Source of the DNA: Verrucomicrobiota bacterium
Lineage (GTDB): Bacteria; Verrucomicrobiota; Verrucomicrobiia; Chthoniobacterales; UBA10450
DNA: 64,000 nt
Direction: 5' to 3'
NCBI GenBank assembly: GCA_046734175.1
Contig: JBKPQR010000031.1
Coordinates: 2,120 to 66,119, forward strand
The position numbers and the translations under genes were made by a program. The notes under the pieces are model-generated. The model worked only from the letters and a program-made list of their open reading frames with translations, was not told the DNA's origin and ran no database searches. Below, piece after piece: positions 47,246 through 56,381 of this stretch. Every line of letters begins with the position of its first letter. The stretch's first letter is position 1.

Positions 47246-47479
47246 ATGTCACGATCGAAAAGATCGCTTCGACTGCTCGGTTGGGCGTGCAATCGAACTC
47301 AAACTGAACCAGGAGAAAAAGGCAAAGCGATTGGCTTCCAAAGCAGCGGACCGCATGAGAGACTGGTGCGGCGGGTAAATTCATCCATGCTCTCCTGCAG
47401 CCCAGTATCGATGGCCATATAGCCGTCGAGACACCTGGTACACGTCGTAAACTTACGTGAACCGAGTAGTCGCTGAAAA

Positions 47480-49750
47480 TTAAAGCTGGATTGCGCGCAA
47501 ACGCAGCGAATTTGCAATCACGCTGACCGACGAGAAGGACATTGCCGCCCCGGCGATGATTGGGCTAAGCAGGATGCCGAAGAAGGGATAGAGCACGCCG
47601 GCGGCGATGGGAATGCCAAGCGCGTTGTAGATAAACGCGAAGAAAAGATTCTGCCGGATGTTGCGCATCATTGCCCGGCTTAGGCGGATTGCTTTCTCGA
47701 TACCGCGCAGATCGCCTCTGAGCAATGTGATGCCGGCGCTTTCCATGGCTACGTCGGTGCCGGTGCCCATCGCGATTCCGACATCAGCCGCGGCCAGCGC
47801 GGGGGCGTCGTTGATTCCGTCGCCGGCCATTGCCACGACGTTTCCTTCTTCTCGCAACTGACGCACGCGTTCATTTTTGTGCTGTGGTTCAACTCCAGCC
47901 TCCACTTCATCGATGCCGAGCTTCGTCGCGACAGCTTGGGCGGTGCGGGCGTTGTCGCCGGTCAGCATGATGATTTTCAACCCGAGCTTGTGCAGATTTT
48001 CGATCGCGCCTGGCGTCGACTGTTTGATTGGATCAGCAATGCCGATGATGCCGGCGGGACGATTGTCTCGCGCGACGAAGATCACCGTCTCGCCCTGTTC
48101 TTGCAGGTTTGATGCTCTCGCTTCGAGTTCCTCCAGACCAGCAACGTTTTGCGCCCGCAGAAACGCGGGTTTGCCGACAAGGACGCGCTCGCCATTCGCC
48201 CGGCCCATCACGCCGCCGCCGGTGGTCGATTCAAAGTCGGCAACTGCGGACGGAGTGATTCCGTGCTCGCGCGCGCTATTCACGACGGCAGCGGCCAGGG
48301 GATGTTCGCTGTTCTGTTCGACTGACGCAGCCGCAGCCAGCAACTCTGGCTCTGAGATTGAACCAACCGGAACGATCGAGGTAACGCGCGGGCGGCCTTC
48401 AGTCAGCGTGCCGGTCTTGTCCACCACGAGCGTGTCCACCTTTTCCATCAACTCCATCGCTTCGGCTTTTTTGATGAGCACGCCGGCTTGCGCGCCGCGA
48501 CCAACGCCGACCATTACCGACATCGGCGTGGCTAGCCCGAGCGCACATGGACAAGCGATGATCAACACCGCGACAGCATTCACAATTCCATACGCCAGCC
48601 GCGGTTCAGGCCCGAACAGCCACCAGGCAAAAAAGGTGAGGATCGCAACGACGATCACTGCCGGAACGAACCAGCTCGCGACTTTATCGGCCAGGCCTTG
48701 GATTGGCGCGCGGCTGCGCTGCGCTTGCGCGACCATCTCGACGATCTGAGAAAGCACGGTCTCGCTGCCCAGACGCTCCGCTTTCATAACGATGCTCCCG
48801 GTCTGGTTGACGGTGCCGCCAGTGACGCGGTCGCCGGCTGCTTTTGTCACCGGAAGCGACTCGCCGGTGATCATTGATTCATCAATGCTCGTCCGTCCGT
48901 CGATCACGCGGCCGTCGACGGGGACCTTTTCGCCCGGGCGCACTCGCAACTGATCGCCTTTCTGCACTTGGTCGAGAGGCACGTCGCGTTCTTCGCCATC
49001 GCGAACGATGCGCGCGGTATTCGGCGCAAGATCGAGCAAGGCGCGAATCGCGCTCCCCGTGCGGCTGCGGGCGCGCAGCTCTAGCACCTGACCTAATGAA
49101 ACCAAGACGGTTATGATGGCTGCCGCTTCGAAGTAAATGCCGATCTTCCCGTGGGCGGAAAACGACGGCGGGAAAATCCCCGGCAACAGCATAACTACCG
49201 CGCTGTAGAGATAGGCCGCGCCCACGCCCATTGCGATGAGCGTAAACATGTTGAGTGAGCGGTTAACCAGCGATTGCCAGCCGCGTTCGAAAAATGGCCA
49301 GCCGCACCACAGCACAACCGGCGTGCTCAGAATAAACTGCATCCAGCGGGAGACATCGCCCTGCACCCACTCCGGTGCGCCGGGAAACAGATGAGCCATC
49401 GCGACGACGAACACCGGCAGGCTCAGCACTGCGCCGATCCAGAATCGCCGCGTCATGTCGCGCAGCTCGACGTTTTCCTCTTCGCTGCCAGCGAGAACGT
49501 TCTTGGGCTCCAGGGTCATTCCGCAAATCGGGCAGTTCCCTGGATGATCCTGCTCGATCTGCGGATGCATCGGGCAGGTGTAGATGGTTTTTGGAGCGGC
49601 CCGAGACGGCATCGCAGGCTCCAGCGCCATCCCGCACTTCGGGCACGCACCCGGCCGCTCGCTCTGCACCTCCGGATGCATCGGGCAGACAAATCCAGCC
49701 ATGCCTTCTATTCCGTCTCCTTTGGAAGGATCGCAATTATGCGGTAACAC
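47480..49750 (-). CDS. copA: copper-translocating P1B-type ATPase
   Basis: Two N-terminal CPMHPE...CP.CGM metal-binding modules. CPC in TM6 ([12 protein letters not shown]), DKTGTLT and GDGINDAP. The start could be 49702. Confidence 0.9.
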   Translation of the reverse strand: MLPHNCDPSKGDGIEGMAGFVCPMHPEVQSERPGACPKCGMALEPAMPSRAAPKTIYTCPMHPQIEQDHPGNCPICGMTLEPKNVLAGSEEENVELRDMTRRFWIGAVLSLPVFVVAMAHLFPGAPEWVQGDVSRWMQFILSTPVVLWCGWPFFERGWQSLVNRSLNMFTLIAMGVGAAYLYSAVVMLLPGIFPPSFSAHGKIGIYFEAAAIITVLVSLGQVLELRARSRTGSAIRALLDLAPNTARIVRDGEERDVPLDQVQKGDQLRVRPGEKVPVDGRVIDGRTSIDESMITGESLPVTKAAGDRVTGGTVNQTGSIVMKAERLGSETVLSQIVEMVAQAQRSRAPIQGLADKVASWFVPAVIVVAILTFFAWWLFGPEPRLAYGIVNAVAVLIIACPCALGLATPMSVMVGVGRGAQAGVLIKKAEAMELMEKVDTLVVDKTGTLTEGRPRVTSIVPVGSISEPELLAAAASVEQNSEHPLAAAVVNSAREHGITPSAVADFESTTGGGVMGRANGERVLVGKPAFLRAQNVAGLEELEARASNLQEQGETVIFVARDNRPAGIIGIADPIKQSTPGAIENLHKLGLKIIMLTGDNARTAQAVATKLGIDEVEAGVEPQHKNERVRQLREEGNVVAMAGDGINDAPALAAADVGIAMGTGTDVAMESAGITLLRGDLRGIEKAIRLSRAMMRNIRQNLFFAFIYNALGIPIAAGVLYPFFGILLSPIIAGAAMSFSSVSVIANSLRLRAIQL

Positions 49751-49756
49751 AGCCTT

Positions 49757-50734
49757 ATGCCGATTCTTTCCGTGCTTGATCTTGCGTTTGTTCCCGAGGG
49801 TGGAACGCCTGCGGACGCATTAAGGAACACGCGGGATCTCGCCCAACATGCCGAACAATGGGGGTATCATCGTTTTTGGCTGGCGGAACATCACAACATT
49901 GTGGGCATCGCGAGCGCGGCCACGGCGGTCGTGATCGGGTACGTCGCGGCGAATACGCGCACGATCCGTGTCGGCGCTGGCGGGATCATGCTGCCGAATC
50001 ATTCGCCGCTGGTGATCGCAGAACAATTCGGTACGCTGGAAACACTTTACCCAGGCAGAATCGATCTGGGCCTTGGTCGCGCGCCCGGAACTGATCAGCG
50101 CACATTGCTGGCGCTGAGGCGCACACCTGAAAGCGCCGAGAGTTTTCCGGATGATGTCGTCGAGTTGCAGGAGTTCTTCGAGGAACCAAAACCGGGGCAG
50201 CCAGTTCAAGCCGTGCCTGGCGCGGGGCTTCGTGTGCCACTTTCGATTCTAGGCTCCAGCTTGTTCGGAGCGCAGCTTGCCGCGATTCTCGGATTGCCTT
50301 ACGCGTTCGCGTCCCACTTCGCGCCAGCTGCATTGCTCCCGGCTTTGAGGGAATATCGCGGCCGATTTAAGCCATCGAAGCAACTCGACCGGCCATACAC
50401 AGCCGCCGGCGTAAACGTCTTCGCCGCGGAGACCGATGCCGAAGCGCGCCGACTTTTCACGTCAGCTCAACAGCAATTTACCAGAATGGTGCGCGGCACG
50501 CGCGGCAAACTTCCGCCGCCGATAGATGACATTGAGGCTTATTGGAACCCGATCGAGAAAGCGCAGGCTTCGGCGATGCTCAAGTATTCGTTTGTAGGTT
50601 CGCCTGAGACGGTGCGGCGCGACTTGACGCAGTTCAGCGAACAGACGGAGGTGGACGAGCTAATTATCGCCTCAGCTATCTACGATCACGCGGCGCGGCT
50701 GCACTCGTATGAACTACTAATGGAAAAAATGTAA
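49757..50734 (+). CDS. LLM-class (luciferase-like) flavin-dependent oxidoreductase
   Basis: [11 protein letters not shown] and the YhbW-like pattern over 325 aa. Confidence 0.9.
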   Translation: MPILSVLDLAFVPEGGTPADALRNTRDLAQHAEQWGYHRFWLAEHHNIVGIASAATAVVIGYVAANTRTIRVGAGGIMLPNHSPLVIAEQFGTLETLYPGRIDLGLGRAPGTDQRTLLALRRTPESAESFPDDVVELQEFFEEPKPGQPVQAVPGAGLRVPLSILGSSLFGAQLAAILGLPYAFASHFAPAALLPALREYRGRFKPSKQLDRPYTAAGVNVFAAETDAEARRLFTSAQQQFTRMVRGTRGKLPPPIDDIEAYWNPIEKAQASAMLKYSFVGSPETVRRDLTQFSEQTEVDELIIASAIYDHAARLHSYELLMEKM

Positions 50735-50746
50735 CGCTGCTTTGAA

Positions 50747-51500
50747 CTAAGCGCGATCAGCGAAAGCTATGCGACTCAGTAATTCGGTTACTTTGGCATC
50801 GTGTGAAGGATTAAACCGATGTGAGTGAAGAAGTTTAACGCGCCGAAAAGAAAAGAAACCGAGACCACTCAGATACCAAACAAAGCCGACCACCTTGCGC
50901 ATAGTTGTCGGCTGCGCGCCTAACGAAAAGCCTTTCATCGCGAAAGGAAATAAGACTGCGCCGATGCCGACTAATCCAAACATCCCGGACATAAAGGTAG
51001 TTTCCAGCCACGGATACGGTGCAAACATTCCGGTAATTGGTTCTTCCGGTGGGGCGGCAAATAGTTGGTAATACAAACCAGCCAGTGCAATCGCGCCAAG
51101 CGCCAGACCCATTCCACAATGAAGATGGAAACCGGCCCGGATACATTGGCGATATATCGCGCCGCATCACCGCTCGCGAGGATTACTTCCTTGCGTCGCC
51201 AAACGTAGAAGGCTGCCGCAAGTAGAAGAACACCGAAGCCAAAGCTTCGGCTCGCCGAAGATGATGTTGTCGTATGGGAAGTACTTCGCCATCGGCCAGG
51301 TCAGAGTCATATGAATGCCGGTGACAGTGAGAATGAAACCGGGCACGCTGAAGGCGATTGCTCAAGAATCGAGATTGATCTCTCGCTCTTTCGCAAGCGC
51401 GCGCGCGAACTTCACGAGCATCATCAAGCCGGCGCCCGCCGCCACCGACATGATCGTGTTGCAGGTGGGCATCTGCGTCCAATCGATGACGAGCGCTCGA
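50747..51500 (-). pseudogene. disrupted multi-TM membrane protein gene (DUF981-like by recollection)
   Basis: The reading frame has to be stitched from four pieces. These are VIDWTQMPTCNTIMSVAAGAGLMM...INLDS, then an in-frame TGA (51362-51364), then AIAFSVPGFILTVTGIHMTLTWPMAKYFPYDNIIFGEP, then a frameshift to FGFGVLLLAAAFYVWRRKE...VSIF, then a second frameshift to MGLALGAIALAGLYYQLF...(50747-51112). Confidence 0.55.
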
Positions 51501-51537
51501 CATGAATAGCTACGCTGTGTTGCCGGAAGAGTCAGAA

Positions 51538-52068
51538 TCAGTGGCGTGGCGTGCCGGCGCGGCTGGTTTCGAATAGAAACCACGTGCGGCGTTCCGTCTC
51601 GTCGATCCAATTCTCGATCAAACTGGCGGTCGCCACATCGCGATGTTCGTTGCAAACATCGTGCGCTTCTCTCAGCCGCGTGGCGAGCGTCTTGTTGTCC
51701 TCGCGAAGCTCCGCGACCATATCGAGCGGCTCGACGTAAGGCGCGTCGTTATCAGAGATGCGCTGCATCTTCGATATCTCGCCGATTGAATGCAGCGTCA
51801 TGACCCCGATTTTCCGCACGCGTTCGGCAATGTCGTCGGTCATCGCGAACAGCTGCTCGGCATGTTCATCGAGCAGCAGGTGATAATCGCGGAAATGCGG
51901 GCCGCTGACATGCCAGTGGAAGTTTTTCGTTTTGACATAAAGCGCGAAAACATCGGCCAGAAGCGCGTTCATCGCGCCGGCAATGTCTTTGATTGCCTCT
52001 GACCCAAGATCGGTTGGGGTAATGAGCGGAGCTTCAAATTTTCGGAGGACTGATTCGTTCTTTTTCAT
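51538..52068 (-). CDS. dps: Dps (DNA starvation/stationary phase protection protein)
   Basis: KTKNFHWHVSGPHFRDYHLLLDEH ferroxidase-centre region. Start at MKKNESV. Confidence 0.9.
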   Translation of the reverse strand: MKKNESVLRKFEAPLITPTDLGSEAIKDIAGAMNALLADVFALYVKTKNFHWHVSGPHFRDYHLLLDEHAEQLFAMTDDIAERVRKIGVMTLHSIGEISKMQRISDNDAPYVEPLDMVAELREDNKTLATRLREAHDVCNEHRDVATASLIENWIDETERRTWFLFETSRAGTPRH

Positions 52069-52257
52069 AGTGGATGGTGGCTGTTGGGTTGATAGAGCGA
52101 AAATGCAGAGCCGGAACGTAACCACGCCCTGCGCGGGCGAAAGAGAAGCATCGCCGTTTCACGTCCAGCTCCATAGTGGTATCGGATTTCCGTTCGCAAA
52201 CGGATTGCGAACAAGTCGACGAGTTGGTCGCCCGGAGTTCAATTCTTCACGTCCAGA

Positions 52258-52734
52258 TTATGTCGCCTGAAGCGGACGCCTTTGTGGTGTTAGGGCTTTG
52301 CCGAAGAACCGAGACGACCAATCCGGGCAATCTCCTTCACTGACGCGCTTTGGATCGGCTTGCACCAAAGTTGGCCACGATTTCAGGAGAGCGGCAAGCA
52401 CCTCCTCGTAGTAAGCCCTAGTTCGCGGCTTAATGTGGTTGTTCGATGCAAGTCGATCGCGATAAATCGCGATCGCGTCCGCCATGCTCATCTTTCCCTT
52501 TCCCACCACAGTGACCGAGAGCGAGTGGGCCCGCAGTTTCCTCAATTCGTCTACCAATCGTTGTCGCGCGATTGTCAGCACGGGCGTCTCCAGCGATTTG
52601 TGCAACTTGCCCGCCACACGCGCGCGGATGTAATATTTGCCGGAGGGATTATAACGAACAAGATTTTGGCGCTTCCAGTCGTTTTCCAGAGTAGAGTTAC
52701 GCTTGAGCATGCGAGTATCAAAATGCAGTATCAA
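52258..52734 (-). pseudogene. truncated tyrosine integrase (N-terminal arm/SAM-like part only)
   Basis: RYNPSGKYYIRARVAGKLHKSLETPVLTIARQRL...IKPRTRAYYEEVLAALLKSWP is a typical integrase N-terminus. The ORF stops after 158 aa with no catalytic R..HxxR..Y domain. It sits 45 nt from the tRNA-Arg 5' end. Confidence 0.65.
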
Positions 52735-52779
52735 AAGTGAGATGATGCTCTGAATTTTGAGCGTATTTTCACTCGTAAA

Positions 52780-52853
52780 GCGCCCGTAGCTCAGCCGGAT
52801 AGAGCAACGGATTTCTAATCCGTCGGTCGGGTGTTCGAGTCACCCCGGGCGCG
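52780..52853 (+). tRNA. tRNA-Arg (anticodon TCT)
   Basis: Folded by hand: acceptor GCGCCCG/CGGGCGC, D stem GCTC/GAGC, anticodon stem ACGGA/TCCGT with loop TTTCTAA, T arm GGGTG-TTCGAGT-CACCC. No encoded CCA. Confidence 0.9.
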
Positions 52854-52958
52854 GTCGCAAGCCGGACTGGCATTTAGGGGGCGATGTCGGCGCCGCTCCC
52901 AACGAATTTCGCCGGGATCCCTCGACTTCCCTCAGGATGACGGCAGCTTATCGACGTC

Positions 52959-53876
52959 ATGTCTGAAAAAGCGCAACTTGTTGTCGATGGGAAGAAGCTC
53001 GCGGTATCGAATCTGAACAAGGTTCTTTATCCCAAAGCCGGGTTCACCAAGGGACAAGTCATCGATTACTACATTCGGATCGCTCCGGTGCTGCTCCCGC
53101 ATTTGCGAGACCGGCCGCTGACGATGAAGCGCTATCCGAACGGAGTTGATGGCGAGTTTTTCTACGAAAAGAATTGCCCGGCGCACCGGCCATCGTGGGT
53201 GAAGACCGCCAAGGTGTGGAGTGAAGGCAATCAGCGCGACATGTATTACTGCCTGGCGCAAGATTTGCCGACACTGGTCTGGGCCGCCAATCTCGCCGAC
53301 CTCGAGCTCCATACCTCGTTAGCGCGCAAGAAAAACGTCGCTCAACCGACCATGATGGTGTTCGATCTCGATCCCGGACCGCCGGCAGATATCGTGCAGT
53401 GCTGTCAGGTCGGCATCTGGCTGCGCGACCTCCTCACGGGAATTAAGCTGAGAAGCTTTGCGAAAACGAGCGGCTCGAAGGGTCTGCAAGTTTACGTCCC
53501 GCTGAATACGCCAGCGACATTCGATGAGACGAAGGCATTATCACGCGCGCTGGCTGAGCTTCTCGAGCGCGAACATGGAGATCTTGTTGTTTCAAAGATG
53601 CTCAAAGCATTGCGCACGGGAAAGGTGCTGGTCGACTGGAGCCAGAACGACGAGCATAAGACAACCGTGTGCGTCTATTCGCTGCGAGCGAAGGATGAGC
53701 CAACCGTCTCGACCGCTGTGACGTGGGAGGAGGTGGAGAATTGCTTGAAAAAAAAGAAGGCCGAACTGCTGAAGTTCAAGTCGGATCAGGTGATTGCCCG
53801 CGTTGAAAAGATGAATGATCTTTTCGCGCCTGTGCAGGAGCTAAAACAAAAGCTACCGCGCAAGTGGGAGTTGTAG
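52959..53876 (+). CDS. LigD polymerase/primase domain protein (NHEJ)
   Basis: LAVSNLNKVLYPKAGFTKGQVIDYY, RYPNGVDGEFFYEKN, VFDLDPG and SGSKGLQVYVPL are the PolDom hallmarks. Confidence 0.85.
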   Translation: MSEKAQLVVDGKKLAVSNLNKVLYPKAGFTKGQVIDYYIRIAPVLLPHLRDRPLTMKRYPNGVDGEFFYEKNCPAHRPSWVKTAKVWSEGNQRDMYYCLAQDLPTLVWAANLADLELHTSLARKKNVAQPTMMVFDLDPGPPADIVQCCQVGIWLRDLLTGIKLRSFAKTSGSKGLQVYVPLNTPATFDETKALSRALAELLEREHGDLVVSKMLKALRTGKVLVDWSQNDEHKTTVCVYSLRAKDEPTVSTAVTWEEVENCLKKKKAELLKFKSDQVIARVEKMNDLFAPVQELKQKLPRKWEL

Positions 53877-54014
53877 GGCGGGCATTCCTGCCGCCCGAGG
53901 CGCGGGCGCAGGATCGCCCCTCTGCAACCAGGAATGGTTGCCCTACAGTGAGGGAGCGCTCAGCCACAGCACCACCGAGCACGAGCACGAGCACGAGTAG
54001 GACGAAAGAAGATG

Positions 54015-54087
54015 TGGAGCCTAGGGGATTCGAACCCCTGACCTCCTCAATGCCATTGAGGCGCTCTACCAACTGAGCTAAGACCCC
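54015..54087 (-). tRNA. tRNA-Ala (anticodon GGC)
   Basis: The reverse complement GGGGTCTTAGCTCAGTTGGTAGAGCGCCTCAATGGCATTGAGGAGGTCAGGGGTTCGAATCCCCTAGGCTCCA folds as a cloverleaf with the G3:U70 Ala identity pair. Confidence 0.9.
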
Positions 54088-54185
54088 GGAAAAAGAATCT
54101 TAGATTGTAGATTTACGATTGCTGATTGCAAATAACCGCCAGGCGCGGTCAAGAAGCACGGTTCTTGATCGGGGCCTGCTCCGGT

Positions 54186-56381
54186 TCAGGCCGTGACTGC
54201 TGGGACCTGAGCATGAACGGAAGGCATTCCGGCGCCGCCGTTTAGATGCGCTGCGACAGTCTGGGCGAGCCGATCTGGCAAATATGGCTTGGCCAGAAAC
54301 GCGTGCTGTTTTTCGCGCTCGAAATCGCCGCCGATCAGTTCGGCACTGTAACCGCTGGTGAAGATCACCTTCAGATCAGGCTTATCGTTGATGAGAGTGT
54401 GTGCGAGCTCGCGGCCCGAGATCGATTCGGGCATGACGACATCGGTGAGAAGGAGGTCAATTTCATTGCGGTGCTCGGCCCAGATTTGGAGCGCGGCGCG
54501 CCCGTTGGCGGCAGACAGGACGCGATAGCCAGCGGCACCGAGCGCGTCGCCAACAAACTCGCGCAGCATTTCTTCATCTTCGACTACCAGGATGGTGATG
54601 GTGTTGTTTGGAGCAGCTCCGGCGGCCGGTTCTTCCGGCAGCTTCGCAGCTTCGGCAACCATCCCATCGCTGCTGAGCGGGAAGAATACGCGCACAGTAG
54701 TGCCACGGCGTGGCGCGCTTTCCACCTCGATCCAACCACCGTGCTGCTTGAGCACACCGTAAACAGTGGCCAGACCCATGCCCGTTCCTTTACCCGGATC
54801 CTTTGTGGTGAAGAACGGTTCGAAAATGCGAGCAACCGTCGCTGCATCCATGCCGTTGCCCGTATCCTTGACCGCCAGGCAAATATGCGGCCCCAGTTGG
54901 GCCTCGGGATTGCGCGCGCGCGCGGTCTCATCGATCTCCACCTGCACCGTAGCCAAGGTCAACTTGCCTCCCTCTTGCATGGCGTCGCGGGCGTTCAAAG
55001 CCAGGTTCATAATCACTTGATCGACGCTGCTTGGATCGGCGAAGATCGGCGGCAAATCTGCCGCCAGCTGCATGTCGAGAGCGATGTGTTCACCGATGAG
55101 CCGGCGTAACATGGCAACAGTTTGCTCGACCACCTCGTTGAGCGAAAGCGGACGCCGCTGGATCATTTGCTTACGGCTGTAGGCGAGCAACTGGCGAGTG
55201 AGCGCGGTGGCGCGCTCGGCCGCGCGCTCGACCTGCTGCAGAGAAGCGCAAAGCTTTTCATCCAGGTGCGGATTGCGCAGTTGCATGGCGGTATTGCCGA
55301 GGATGACGGTGAGGATGTTATTGAAGTCGTGCGCGACGCCGGCGGCCAGGCGGCCCACTGCTTCCATCTTTTGCGCCTGGCGCAGCTCGTTTTCAAGGCG
55401 CACGCGATCAGTGATGTCCTGCAAAATGAGAAGGTGGTAGGGCGAGCTTCCCAGTTCGAGATTCTCCGCCGCGATCAGGACTTCGCGCGTCTCGCCGCTG
55501 GCAGTTCGGATGGTTGCGGCGAGATTGCGCACGGCGTTTCGTGCTTTGAGTTTTTCGCGCACCGCCTCTGCGGTTCCTTCATCAGCCCACAACTTCATCC
55601 CACTGCCAAGCATCCGCTCGCGCTCGACGCCGATCAGCTCGAGAAAGCTGGTATTCGCGTCCAGACAACCTTTACCTTCCGGCTTCTGTATAACCATGGG
55701 AACGGGACTGCTGTGGAAAGCTTTGGAGAAACGTTCCTCCGAGCGGCGCAATGCTTCCTCCGCCGCGGTGCGTTCGGCCACTTCGCCTGTGAGCCGCGCA
55801 TTGGCAGCACGCAACTCCACCGTGCGCTGATTGACGAGCGCATCCAGCTCTTCCATTTGGCGGCGCGCCATCTGCGTGAGCTGCCATTTCTTCGCCAGCG
55901 CATGAGCCATTTGCAAAACCTCGACGTTATCGAATGGCTTCTTCAGCACTAGCATCTGGTCAGTGCTGCCCACTGACTTCGAGATTTCGTCCCAGGAATA
56001 ATCCGAGTAGGCGGTGCAAATGACGATTTGCAGATCCGGAAATTCCTTCCAAATGCGTGTGATCGTTTCAATGCCGTCCCATCCGGGGGGCATGCGCACA
56101 TCGACGAATGCGACCGCATAAGGCGCGTTTTTTGCAAAGGCCGCTCGGACTTTTTCCAGTCCTTCCTGGCCTTGAAAAGCCGAGTCGATTTGAAAACTCC
56201 AGGAACGCGAGGCGTCGGCCTTGTCACCGAAGAGGGCGGCCTCATCCGCGTCGAGCTCTTTCACCAGACTGGCATCAGCTGGCCCGAGAATCTTGCGGAA
56301 GTCCTCGTGGATGGAGGGATTGTCATCGATGATGAGGATGCGGTGGTTTTCCGGCGGAAGGTGCAAGGGTGTAGTACTCAT
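54186..56381 (-). CDS. hybrid sensor histidine kinase/response regulator (REC-PAS-HisKA-HATPase-REC)
   Basis: N-terminal REC (ILIIDDNPSIHEDF), H-box AAGVAHDFNNILTVI, N and G boxes, and a C-terminal REC (ILVVEDEEMLREF). Confidence 0.9.
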   Translation of the reverse strand: MSTTPLHLPPENHRILIIDDNPSIHEDFRKILGPADASLVKELDADEAALFGDKADASRSWSFQIDSAFQGQEGLEKVRAAFAKNAPYAVAFVDVRMPPGWDGIETITRIWKEFPDLQIVICTAYSDYSWDEISKSVGSTDQMLVLKKPFDNVEVLQMAHALAKKWQLTQMARRQMEELDALVNQRTVELRAANARLTGEVAERTAAEEALRRSEERFSKAFHSSPVPMVIQKPEGKGCLDANTSFLELIGVERERMLGSGMKLWADEGTAEAVREKLKARNAVRNLAATIRTASGETREVLIAAENLELGSSPYHLLILQDITDRVRLENELRQAQKMEAVGRLAAGVAHDFNNILTVILGNTAMQLRNPHLDEKLCASLQQVERAAERATALTRQLLAYSRKQMIQRRPLSLNEVVEQTVAMLRRLIGEHIALDMQLAADLPPIFADPSSVDQVIMNLALNARDAMQEGGKLTLATVQVEIDETARARNPEAQLGPHICLAVKDTGNGMDAATVARIFEPFFTTKDPGKGTGMGLATVYGVLKQHGGWIEVESAPRRGTTVRVFFPLSSDGMVAEAAKLPEEPAAGAAPNNTITILVVEDEEMLREFVGDALGAAGYRVLSAANGRAALQIWAEHRNEIDLLLTDVVMPESISGRELAHTLINDKPDLKVIFTSGYSAELIGGDFEREKQHAFLAKPYLPDRLAQTVAAHLNGGAGMPSVHAQVPAVTA

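Larger units (their letters stand above)
27102..52853. mobile_element. putative degenerate tRNA-Arg-associated genomic island (about 25.7 kb)
   Basis: Bounded by a 23-bp direct repeat (27102-27124 = 52782-52804, the 5' part of tRNA-Arg). A truncated integrase abuts the tRNA. Several broken genes and stress/metal cargo lie inside. Confidence 0.5.

Noticed and set aside
47877-48749. 290-aa + strand ORF, and similar long ORFs at 2424-2984, 4590-5294, 14579-15343, 54246-55109 and 55122-55952
   Set aside because: They lie antisense to, or out of frame within, confidently identified genes (copA, M16 peptidase, macB, histidine kinase). Their Ala/Arg/Ser/Pro-rich composition is typical of shadow ORFs in GC-rich DNA.
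51362-51364. In-frame TGA as a selenocysteine codon
   Set aside because: The same gene also carries two frameshifts and lacks a start codon. No SECIS-like hairpin is evident, so gene decay is the simpler reading.
53876-53896. GC-rich hairpin after the LigD-pol stop, and a 6-bp hairpin at 19693-19708 after rpsR, as intrinsic terminators
   Set aside because: The first lacks a U-tract. The second has only a short stem. Neither is strong enough to call.
53776-54076. ORFs 53776-54072 (-) and 53864-54076 (+)
   Set aside because: They overlap the tRNA-Ala gene and a low-complexity (GAGCAC)n tract at 53977-53997, and have no coding-like features.
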